NCBI GenBank assembly: GCA_005191425.1
Contig: SUPR01000039.1
Span: 1-29,030, forward strand
Source of the DNA: Candidatus Helarchaeota ASGARD archaeon Hel_GB_B
GTDB lineage: Archaea; Asgardarchaeota; Lokiarchaeia; Helarchaeales; HEL-GB-B
DNA: 29,030 bases
Direction of reading: 5' to 3'
Part shown: positions 17,127 to 26,237 of the stretch, one piece after another
Numbering within the stretch: the stretch's first letter is position 1
How the letters are laid out: every line of letters starts with the position of its first letter
Made by a program: the position numbers and the translations under genes
Notes under the pieces: model-generated
What the model was told of the DNA's origin: nothing
Database searches by the model: none
What the model saw: the letters and a program-made list of their open reading frames with translations, nothing else

Positions 17127-18311
17127 ATGACAAATATGATGTCAGAAGAAACAACTGTATTATCAGAAGAAAAAATAAATGAATTACTCAAAATTAAAGG
17201 GATTTATGACCCAAATTATATTCGTAATCTCCCAATTATTTCATTAAAAGAGGTCACGCCAAATATCAATAAATCTTTGGCTAAAATATTTGATATCCAC
17301 AAAATTAATGATTTAGCCAATCTTACGATTTCCGAAGATAAAAAGAAAGAATTAGAAGACGAAGGAATTAGCTACGAAGAACTTCAAAAATGGATTATAG
17401 CCTCTAAATTATTGACTAATACAGAAGTTCTTGAAAATAAAATAGAACGACAAAAGGGTAAAAAAATAGTATTCGTTGGTCTTGAGAATGCAGGTAAAAC
17501 TGCGATTATTCAGACAATTACAAAAAATACAACAATTGATACAATATCAAATTTAGAACCTACAATTACAATAGACAGAAAAACGTTCGTAATTGATGAC
17601 AATAAACTAATTATGTGGGATTTCGGTGGTCAAAAAGAATATCGTGAACAATATCTTAAAAACCCTGAGAGGTATTTTTTAGAAATAGATGCCTTAATTT
17701 TTGTAATTGATATTCAAGAAAGTGAGAAATTCGACGAAGCATTAAATTACTTAAAAAATATTCTAAGTATTTTGGATTATCTAAAAGAAAACCCCGAAAA
17801 AATTATATTATTACATAAAGCAGACCCAGATATTATCTGTACAGAGCAAATTATTACATCAATTGACGAGCTTCAAACAAAAGTTGCTAAAATTATGAAT
17901 AATAAAGCATATTCAATTTTTGCAACAAGTATATTTAATGCAGTCCCACAATCAAATGACATTATAAAAGCATTAAAAGAAATGGGAACTATTAAAAAAG
18001 AATGTACTTCTAAACCAAAATTAACTAATGAGGATTTGGCTGAGACGTTAGACCGATCATTAACGATTTTTGTTAAATTAAGTACGTATATTGAAGAAAA
18101 ATTAAATGATATATATGGCAGACTGACAAATCTAGAAAATTTGGTCTTGGGGATTGTAGATAATTTTATAAAAAATGGAAATATGAATGGTGAAAATAGT
18201 TATCAAATATTGCATCAGCCAGAAATGGTAGAGAAAAAAGTTGCAGCACAAAAAAGCGCAATACACGATGAATTGAAAAAAATTTTTAGTGTTAAAAAAA
18301 TAGAAGATTAA
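17127..18311 (+). CDS. Arf/Rag-like small GTPase with N-terminal helix-hairpin-helix-like domain and C-terminal helical extension
   Basis: G1 GLENAGKT, G2 EPT, G3 WDFGGQ, G4 HKAD, G5 TSIF. The N-terminal LPIISLKEVTPNINKSLAKIFDIHKINDLA resembles HhH/DUF4332-type domains. Confidence 0.88.
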   Translation: MTNMMSEETTVLSEEKINELLKIKGIYDPNYIRNLPIISLKEVTPNINKSLAKIFDIHKINDLANLTISEDKKKELEDEGISYEELQKWIIASKLLTNTEVLENKIERQKGKKIVFVGLENAGKTAIIQTITKNTTIDTISNLEPTITIDRKTFVIDDNKLIMWDFGGQKEYREQYLKNPERYFLEIDALIFVIDIQESEKFDEALNYLKNILSILDYLKENPEKIILLHKADPDIICTEQIITSIDELQTKVAKIMNNKAYSIFATSIFNAVPQSNDIIKALKEMGTIKKECTSKPKLTNEDLAETLDRSLTIFVKLSTYIEEKLNDIYGRLTNLENLVLGIVDNFIKNGNMNGENSYQILHQPEMVEKKVAAQKSAIHDELKKIFSVKKIED

Positions 18312-18331
18312 TTCTTTTATAATTTTTAAAT

Positions 18332-19096
18332 TTAATCATGAATTATTGCAACAACTCGGACCCAGCCAGCACTGCAACCTACAAGCGGGATAGGAAACGC
18401 ACACACCTTAAACCCATAGGGCGGCAATTTGTCTAAATTCGCTAATTTTTCTATATGTAAATATTCTTTTTCTCTCCCTGCAAAATGAGCAGGCCATAAA
18501 TATTTATTATCACCAGTTTCTTTGTATTCTTTAAACATTAAACTAAAAGGAATATCAAATCCATATCCGTCAGTACCAATAATCTTAACTCCTTGATTAA
18601 CTAGATATAAAGTACTTTCCCTTGTCATTCCAGGGTGCATTTCTGTATATTTAGATTTCTTATCAAAAAATTTATCTCGATCAGTCCTTATTAAAACGAT
18701 ATCAAAAGGTTTAATTTTATAGTTAATTCTTTCAAGTTCCTTTTTTATATCATTTTCAGTTATTTTTTCTCCATCTTGTTTATATGAAAAATTTAATACA
18801 ACTCCATCACCATAACACCATTCAAGAGGTATTTCATCGATAGTTTTTGATTTAATACCTTCACTTTTTGGCCCAAAATGGTAGGGTGAATCCAAGTGAG
18901 TTCCACAATGCGTATTTATGGTAATATTTTCCATGGCTAAGCCCATACCTTCTGGAAATTCTTTAGCCTTAACTTGAAATAACATCCCTAATCGATTTGC
19001 ACCAGCGACATGGTCAATGAATTCTATTTTTGCTGGAATTGGCTCTGACCTAGAGCGGTGCCTAATTTTAACAGATAAATCAATTAATTTTACCAT
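18332..19096 (-). CDS. Cyclase family (kynurenine formamidase-like) metal-dependent hydrolase
   Basis: HCGTHLDSPYHF (HxGTHxDxPxH), IVLIRT, GTDGYGFD, HIEKLANL and terminal VRVVAI. Confidence 0.92.
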   Translation of the reverse strand: MVKLIDLSVKIRHRSRSEPIPAKIEFIDHVAGANRLGMLFQVKAKEFPEGMGLAMENITINTHCGTHLDSPYHFGPKSEGIKSKTIDEIPLEWCYGDGVVLNFSYKQDGEKITENDIKKELERINYKIKPFDIVLIRTDRDKFFDKKSKYTEMHPGMTRESTLYLVNQGVKIIGTDGYGFDIPFSLMFKEYKETGDNKYLWPAHFAGREKEYLHIEKLANLDKLPPYGFKVCAFPIPLVGCSAGWVRVVAIIHD

Positions 19097-19280
19097 AATA
19101 TATCATCTTTACATTTTAAAAAATAAAAATTTAATTTATTATAAATTTTAGCATAAATTTTTAATATTAAGTAAGTTTTGGCATTAGGATAAAAAATTAA
19201 AGATTATAAATATAGATATTGTTAAAAATAAGAATTTAAAAAAATAAATATTAAAAAACGATGAAAATTAAATTTAATTA

Positions 19281-19802
19281 TTAGGGTTTAGAATCTTGAT
19301 TTTTCATTTCAAGGCCCATTTTACGCCAGGACTTTCGACCTATTTCCCACATTTGACCTTGAGTATTTTCACCTTTTAATTCTAACCCGATCCATTTTTT
19401 TCCTGCAGGTACTTTTTTCATCATCGGTACGAAACTATTTGCCCCGACTAATGCATCATCTTCAACTTTAACACCAGTCATCAAGACTGATTTGATCCCA
19501 ATAACTGAATTGTTTTTTACAGTTGCGCCATGTACTAATGCATGAAACCCAATTAAATTATTGTCCCCAATCTTGGTTTTGAATCCTTCTGCGGTATTAA
19601 TTATTGCACCATCTTGAATTACATTTTTAGCACCTATTTTGACTTTGGCGAAATCACCTCTAATAATAGCGCCTTGATATACCACCGTTTCTGATCCAAT
19701 AGTAACATCACCAATTACAAGTGCATGCTCAGAAATCCAAGCTGATGGGTCAATTTCTGGGCTCAAAACTTTTTCTCCTTTTTTAATTGAAATTATTGTC
19801 AT
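19281..19802 (-). CDS. Gamma-carbonic-anhydrase-like (YrdA/PaaY/CaiE family) left-handed beta-helix protein with degenerate Zn site
   Basis: Hexapeptide repeats, IGDVTIG, IRGD, IQDG and VHG, plus a C-terminal helix. Confidence 0.88.
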   Translation of the reverse strand: MTIISIKKGEKVLSPEIDPSAWISEHALVIGDVTIGSETVVYQGAIIRGDFAKVKIGAKNVIQDGAIINTAEGFKTKIGDNNLIGFHALVHGATVKNNSVIGIKSVLMTGVKVEDDALVGANSFVPMMKKVPAGKKWIGLELKGENTQGQMWEIGRKSWRKMGLEMKNQDSKP

Positions 19803-20057
19803 AATAAAACATCCTAACTTACAATTTCTATTTAATACAATTTGAATAACTATAATTGTATTTAAAAAATAAATCTTTCTCCTAAAAAGAGTAATTTTAA
19901 TTTAAATAATAATATTTTTCTAAAATATAACCAGATAATTCATAAATAAGAATGAATTTTAATTTTAATAAAATATAAACATAATATTCCAATAAAATGG
20001 GAAAAAATATGTAATTTAGCATTGAATTTAATTTATAAATAATATTTTACTTAAATT

Positions 20058-20510
20058 TTAATTTTTATTTGGTTTTAATTTCATAACTTGGTAAGCAGGT
20101 TTAAATCCTAATTCTTTATATAAATTTAATGCTCTCTCAGTTGTTGATCTAACATTGATTAAAATCTCGTTTACTTCCATTTCTGATAAATATTCAATAG
20201 CTTTTTTTATTAACAATTTTCCGATTCCTTTGCCTTGTTCATTAGCATCTACAATAACATTTCGGATATAACCTGTAGAAATGCCAGTTGGGTCAATAGA
20301 AATATCGGCAAATGTGAGTCCAACGATTTTTCCATCTTTTTCTGCTACAAGCATTCCGTTTCTTCGAAGTGCATCATATAGCCGCATACTTACACCCCAA
20401 TGCCATTTCTTCTCATCAAATGGGACATTTGTAATTTCGCATAATTGATACATTAGATTTTTGGCTGCTTCTTCATCTTCTTTTTTGAATCTTCTTACGA
20501 CTATACTCAT
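20058..20510 (-). CDS. GNAT family N-acetyltransferase
   Basis: Acetyl-CoA motif VIVDANEQGKGIGKLL and terminal ALNLYKELGF. Confidence 0.92.
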   Translation of the reverse strand: MSIVVRRFKKEDEEAAKNLMYQLCEITNVPFDEKKWHWGVSMRLYDALRRNGMLVAEKDGKIVGLTFADISIDPTGISTGYIRNVIVDANEQGKGIGKLLIKKAIEYLSEMEVNEILINVRSTTERALNLYKELGFKPAYQVMKLKPNKN

Positions 20511-20679
20511 TTTAATAATCCTCTGAAGTATTTTATTTTCCTTTTTAAACTTAATAATTCAATTTTTTAATTCCATTAATTAATTTAAATTTATAAATTA
20601 GAATATTTAATTCTTATTTAAAAAGTTAGGCATTATAATAATAAAAGAATTAGAGAAAAATAAGGACATATATACATTT

Positions 20680-22056
20680 CTAATAATTTTTATGTAATAA
20701 TGCAAGTTGTTTTTTCATCTCTTGAGTTTCCTTTAGATTAGGATAGAAATAAATGAATATTAAACTAATATAAAGAGCAATACTTGGAAATAATCCCATA
20801 ATCATTTTTATTCCAAGAATTGCAGATGCAGGTTGTATATTTGGAGTACCACCTTGAATGTATCCCATAAATAATAGTGTTGTCGATAGAACCGCATGTG
20901 CCAGACCAATTGCTGGTTTCGTGAAAAGTGCATTTGTCCCAAAAAACATTGCTTCACGTCGTTGTTTCGTTTTCAATTCATCAAAATCTGTAGATTCTCC
21001 GATCATAACATTTGTAAAAATTAAAGCACCGCCCAATCCAAATCCCGTTATTAAAAAACTAATTAAAGAAAAAATATACGAATTAGAAAAAAATAATAAT
21101 AAAAGTCCAGTAGCTAATAAAATAGTACCAATCATTACTGAAAATTTAACACCTTTCGCCTTACTTAATTTTGGATAGATTATAAAACCTGGTAAAATTG
21201 TTCCAAATAAAACTAAAAATAATATTAGCGATTCTGTATCATTTGCCATCAATACATTTGATGCATAAAAAATTATATTTGCAACTACAATAGCTGTAGT
21301 AAATTGTATCATGAAATTCCAGCCAATAAAAGCCATAAAAGGTTTATTTTTTATACTTTCAATTAATGCTTTTATAAGCCCCAATTTTTTCATTTCTTTA
21401 TAATTTATTTTACGCTCTTTTAAAAAGAAACTCGGAATAAATAGTACCACCATAGCAGTAATACCACCAATTATTACGAAAATAAAAAAACCATTAATAT
21501 TATCCTTCAACAATAATGGAAATATAAATGACAAACCTACTCCTATCATTCCAAAAATTTGGCTTATTATATTTATTTTTGTCCTTTCATTGGTCAAAGT
21601 GGTCAATTCAGGCATTAATGAATTATAACAGCCAGCTACAATAGTATAACACCCATCAAATAATACTATAAAAACAGTAAACCAAATTGCAAGCCCAAAT
21701 TGCTCAAATGATAAATATGGAAAGAACAATAAAATAGTTGTTACTAACCATACTGGAGAGAAAAACCTAATCCATGGAATTCGGCGGCCCCACCGTGATC
21801 TGGTTATGTCTGATAACCATCCAAAAATTGGATCATTTAATGCATTCCAGATATTATATATAACTAACATAATAAAAGTGTACAACCCATAATCAAGTTT
21901 CATTATATCAAGCCAGAACCAAGCTGTAGCAGCAGCTTGAATTCCATTGAACATCTGGGTACCATATAGACCAATCCCATAGAGTATCTTTATCTTTAAC
22001 GGAACTATTGCAGCCATTGGGTCACTATTTAATTCTGGATTAATATCTTCATTCAT
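20680..22056 (-). CDS. MFS transporter, glycoside-pentoside-hexuronide (MelB-like) cation symporter family
   Basis: WNALNDPIFGWLSDITRSRWGRRIPW, YNSLMPELT...ER, and ESTDFDELKTKQRREAMFFG. Confidence 0.92.
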   Translation of the reverse strand: MNEDINPELNSDPMAAIVPLKIKILYGIGLYGTQMFNGIQAAATAWFWLDIMKLDYGLYTFIMLVIYNIWNALNDPIFGWLSDITRSRWGRRIPWIRFFSPVWLVTTILLFFPYLSFEQFGLAIWFTVFIVLFDGCYTIVAGCYNSLMPELTTLTNERTKINIISQIFGMIGVGLSFIFPLLLKDNINGFFIFVIIGGITAMVVLFIPSFFLKERKINYKEMKKLGLIKALIESIKNKPFMAFIGWNFMIQFTTAIVVANIIFYASNVLMANDTESLILFLVLFGTILPGFIIYPKLSKAKGVKFSVMIGTILLATGLLLLFFSNSYIFSLISFLITGFGLGGALIFTNVMIGESTDFDELKTKQRREAMFFGTNALFTKPAIGLAHAVLSTTLLFMGYIQGGTPNIQPASAILGIKMIMGLFPSIALYISLIFIYFYPNLKETQEMKKQLALLHKNY

Positions 22057-22367
22057 TTTATAAAACCACTTTAAAATTTTATCAATTTGCCATTTAATTT
22101 GATCAAATTAATTAGAAAGATACAAAATAAATTAATTTGAATTTTATATTCTTTATTTAATTCATTTTTTATATTAATAATGGGTTGTAATCAATTTTTC
22201 AAATTCCAATAAATAGAAATCTTGCTATAACAAATTCAATAAAGTATGGTAAAGGAACTCTGAAATTGAAATATAATTAACCTTCAAAATAATATTCAAA
22301 TCCAATATAAGTCAAATTATTAAGTTAGAAAAACTCAAATAAAAAATAAATCAGATGTAATTCAATT

Positions 22368-22880
22368 ATGATACAATTTACGTTTGAAATTTTTGTTTAT
22401 TATATATCATTTCTATCAATTATTCCAGTTATAATTTTAACAATTTATTGGATTGTTAAAAAAGAATATTATTCTGTAATTTTAAGACATGTCGCTGGGT
22501 TTATAGTAGGAATCTTAGACCAATTTTTAATGGTACTCTTCAATTGGCAGTCTTCAATTATTTCAATAGTAATTTTGTTTGATTATGGTCTATATAGCAC
22601 ATGGTTTTTATTAATGCCTTCCTGGAAAAAATTTAATCCTAAAATTTGGATGCCGATTTGGATAATTTTTTCTGGAATATTAAATACTATTTTGGAAAAT
22701 GTAGTCCGTATTTTGACTTATGGAAATTTGAATTATCCAATTTATTGGACTCAAATACATACATTGGTTTTTTATCTTTTTATGCATTTAATTGGAACAA
22801 TAATAGCTTCTTTAAATTTTATAATAAGTAAAAAATCGCTTCACATCAACAAAAAATCTGAAAAATTGACTAAAATTTAG
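22368..22880 (+). CDS. Hypothetical integral membrane protein (about 5-6 TM)
   Basis: 170 aa ORF with an ATG start, successive hydrophobic helices and a basic C-terminal tail. Confidence 0.7.
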   Translation: MIQFTFEIFVYYISFLSIIPVIILTIYWIVKKEYYSVILRHVAGFIVGILDQFLMVLFNWQSSIISIVILFDYGLYSTWFLLMPSWKKFNPKIWMPIWIIFSGILNTILENVVRILTYGNLNYPIYWTQIHTLVFYLFMHLIGTIIASLNFIISKKSLHINKKSEKLTKI

Positions 22881-22940
22881 TTTAAAGCAATTTTTTATTA
22901 AAATTTTTGAAGAAATTATGAAGTATTAGATATCACAAGT

Positions 22941-23870
22941 CTATAAGAAACCTAATTCATTCATTTTATCAATTACTTGCTCTCTTATTGGCATTCCTTT
23001 TAATCCTTCTTGTTGAATTAAAAATGAAACAAATGTTGCAGCATACAGTCCAGAGTGTTTTAAATTATTGGTTTTATAATATTCGGATAAAAAACTTGAA
23101 AAATAAGTATCACCTGTACCTGTAATATCAATTATTTTTTTTGGTATTACAGCAGGAATTGTGTAATAACAATTGTTTTTTGAATCATATATCAAACTTC
23201 CTTTAAACCCACAAGTAATAATAACTATTTTTGGGCCTAAATTCGAAGTTAATTTTGCAATATTCTTGAGGTTATCAGAATTAATTAATATTTTAGCTTC
23301 ATAATCTGCCATTTTTATTATATCAATAGATTTGAGTAATTTGATTATTTGATCATTTCTAGCTAAATAGATACCTTTATCTTCTTTTTTAAAACGTAAA
23401 ATTCCTTGTATATCAAGACAAATTAATTTATCAGGAAAATTTATTTTAATCCACTCAATAGCACTAAAATCTATTTCGTTTGCAATTAAAGCAAAATAAA
23501 TAATATTACTCTCTTTTATTAATTGAATAGGAATATCCTCTCTTTTAATTTTTTCACAAATGTTTTCAAGTTTTAATGCAATTCGTTCGTCCTTTTCATA
23601 AATTAATTTGTATCTTGTCGATTTACAATTTACTTTATATATATAGTCAATAGGGACATTATTATTTTTTAAAAAATTAAGAAATGAGTCCGGGAAATCA
23701 TACCCAATTTTAGAAATTACTTTTGTTTTAAGCCCATTTTTATAATTATTTTTAACGCTAGCTATTGAGGCATATGCTACACTACTTCCTAACTGTAATG
23801 GGACACGCCGATTGTCAATAATTTTTTCATCTATGCACAAATGACCTATAATCAACATATGAATTACCAT
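22941..23870 (-). CDS. PfkB/ribokinase family carbohydrate or nucleoside kinase
   Basis: IGHLCID, SKIGYDF, LDIQG, VIITCGFKGS, and the anion-hole signature DITGTGDTY (catalytic Asp kept). Confidence 0.9.
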   Translation of the reverse strand: MVIHMLIIGHLCIDEKIIDNRRVPLQLGSSVAYASIASVKNNYKNGLKTKVISKIGYDFPDSFLNFLKNNNVPIDYIYKVNCKSTRYKLIYEKDERIALKLENICEKIKREDIPIQLIKESNIIYFALIANEIDFSAIEWIKINFPDKLICLDIQGILRFKKEDKGIYLARNDQIIKLLKSIDIIKMADYEAKILINSDNLKNIAKLTSNLGPKIVIITCGFKGSLIYDSKNNCYYTIPAVIPKKIIDITGTGDTYFSSFLSEYYKTNNLKHSGLYAATFVSFLIQQEGLKGMPIREQVIDKMNELGFL

Positions 23871-23905
23871 TTATAAAAATAAAATAAAAAAAGATCAGGA
23901 AAATA

Positions 23906-24445
23906 TTAAAATTCTATTTTTAATTCGCCTTTTCTTAGTGATTCGTAAATTTCATCCCACATTTTCTTCTCAGCTCTCGTATACAAAAATAGTCCGATAG
24001 CTAGAACAGAATAAATTATTGTTATAACAATTCCAATTGTAGTAGAAATAAACTGTGATGTGACACCAAAATAATCATAAGATGCATCTTGAAAAGTAAG
24101 TAAAAGCCAGTATTCATCCACAATAAAGCCTAAACCAGCACCAAATAAAATATGCCCAATACGGATATACCACACACCTTCAAAGAATGTCAATAAAATA
24201 CCAATAGCAAGCGCAATTATACCATAATGGAAATGATGAAAATGAATATGCGCACCAAAAAGAACAAATTGAACTGTAGTCGATGGTGAACTGTGAGTGA
24301 ATAATTTAGTGCCCCATAATGCTACACTAAATGCAATTAGACCAAAAATTGGTCCATCACGTCTTTTTGCCATACTAGTTTTTCCTTTTTCCTTAATTTC
24401 CTTTTTAAATCGGTTTATTAATTTCTCTTTTTTTGTATTACTCAT
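23906..24445 (-). CDS. Hypothetical membrane protein with HxHHxHYG and GxGxxxDE motifs
   Basis: About 4 TM helices, with HIHFHHFHYG and GAGLGFIVDEYWLL. ATG 24445 is preferred over the track start at 24460. Confidence 0.8.
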   Translation of the reverse strand: MSNTKKEKLINRFKKEIKEKGKTSMAKRRDGPIFGLIAFSVALWGTKLFTHSSPSTTVQFVLFGAHIHFHHFHYGIIALAIGILLTFFEGVWYIRIGHILFGAGLGFIVDEYWLLLTFQDASYDYFGVTSQFISTTIGIVITIIYSVLAIGLFLYTRAEKKMWDEIYESLRKGELKIEF

Positions 24446-24883
24446 TTTACAATCTTCCAAAAATTGAATTGAATTATTCTTAATAATAACTTGAATATTT
24501 CATGGATTTATTATCTTTTTAATTCTTTTTGCACAACATTATAGTTCTCTTTTTTAGTATTTTATTTTTATAATACTAAACATTATTTTATAAAAGTTTC
24601 CCGGAATCCACCATTATATCGATTATTATTAATAATTATTGTTAAATTTGGTTGATGATGATTAAAGGATTATAATTTTAACTTATTTTTCAAATTATTT
24701 TTTAAAAAATAAATTTAAAAGAAAAAAACTATCATTTTTGCCTGAAAATAAATAAAATGGCATAATAACATAAAGATCAATTTTCTAAAAATTTATTATA
24801 TAAATTAAAAAATGCTCAAATTATAAGTCTGTATTAAAGTTTTTACAATTTTATATATATTTAATAAATAAGGAGTGTTGAAA

Positions 24884-25380
24884 ATGGATATTATGAAAAA
24901 AAGAGCTTTAATTTGGATGATCATGTTTATTATAAGTATTACCGGTTCTTTAATATTAGATTACATCTTCCATTCTAGTTATTTAGATATTTTTTCAACT
25001 ATCTCTGGAATAATAATTTTAGTTATTGGATTTTTACTCTTATGGGTTTCAGGAAGAACGCTTAAAAATTTCGGTATTAGCTCTGAGGAAAAAAGTTTAG
25101 AGAAACTGATAAATTAGTAACCAATGGCATTTATGGGTGTATAAGGCACACCCATCATATAGGAATTGCTTTGTTTATTAATAGTTTTGGACTTTTAATT
25201 GGATCATTTTCGTTTATTGTTATTTTTACTTTAATATATTTGTTTATGATTGTGATTTTTGTGAAAAAGATTGAAGAAAAAGAAGCCATAAAAAAATTTG
25301 GTAATGATTATATTCAATATAAGAAAAAAGTACCGTCATTTATACCTCATCTTAAGTGTTTTAGAAGGAATAGCAAATAA
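24884..25380 (+). pseudogene. Frameshifted ICMT/PEMT-family (isoprenylcysteine/phospholipid) methyltransferase
   Basis: Track ORFs 24875..25117 and 25171..25380 join through a -1 shift at about 25085-25095. The second frame reads GKKFRETDKLVTNGIYGCIRHTHHIG...IEEKEAIKKFGNDYIQYKKKVPSFIP, matching the LVTxGxY..xRHP and EE..L...FG..Y..Y...VP.F.P signatures. AAGGAG precedes ATG 24884. Confidence 0.85.
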
Positions 25381-25533
25381 ATAGAGGAATTAATATTAAA
25401 ATAAATCATAAATATTTATCGAGATTTTATACCGATATAATAAAAATTACATTAATAGAAATACTGGAAATTTTTGTATTTTTAAGAATTATAAAAGTTG
25501 ATAACATGGATAGGATTTGTTTTTTTGGATATA

Positions 25534-26031
25534 TTAAGCAAGGTTTAATTTAGAAATTTTTAATTCATATTTTTGTAAATGTCTACTACTAAAATATCTT
25601 AAAAAGATAAAAATAGAACCTAAACTTATAATGAGAATTGTCCCAATAATAAAATAATTTTTTAGGATAATCCCAAAAATATCTAAAAATAAGCCTAAAA
25701 ATATAATGAATCGCGCTAGAAAACGGATATGCTTATATTTAAATTCTGTTTTTTTGATGAATCTGTAAATATAAATTAAATAGTTAAAACTTGTACTGGC
25801 AATTATTAAAATAGTCCAAATCATTTGATTTTCTAATAAAAAATTAATTACAAACGGAAATAATAATAAATTGAATAAAGAAAAAATTAATGCGGATAAT
25901 TCAGCTAAACAGCCAATACAAATAGCGTAATTTCTTATAATATATACATGAAATTCAAAATAAGGATTTGAATCATCATGATGCGATAAATATATAATAT
26001 TTTTTATTTTTTTCTTAATAGTTTGTAACAA
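25534..26031 (-). CDS. Hypothetical membrane protein (about 4 TM)
   Basis: 165 aa ORF with four hydrophobic segments and basic termini. No recognised motif. Confidence 0.55.
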   Translation of the reverse strand: MLQTIKKKIKNIIYLSHHDDSNPYFEFHVYIIRNYAICIGCLAELSALIFSLFNLLLFPFVINFLLENQMIWTILIIASTSFNYLIYIYRFIKKTEFKYKHIRFLARFIIFLGLFLDIFGIILKNYFIIGTILIISLGSIFIFLRYFSSRHLQKYELKISKLNLA

Positions 26032-26237
26032 TTTAGTTCATTTAACTATCTTTTAGTAAAGTATAAGAGTGATACGGATATCTAAATATATTATTTTTAT
26101 TTATACTTTTATTTTTTAGCTATATTGCTTTTAATTTAAATATATAAATAGATTATTAGAAATTAAAGATTTAAAAAAAACGATGTATTTTCCATAAAAA
26201 GATAAAATAAATTAAATAATTCTAATTATTTTCAATA

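Noticed and set aside
18332-23870. A single catabolic operon (cyclase, gamma-CA-like, GNAT, GPH transporter, PfkB)
   Set aside because: Gaps of 180-310 bp with their own TATA-like tracts, an intervening + strand gene, and no coherent pathway that I can name.
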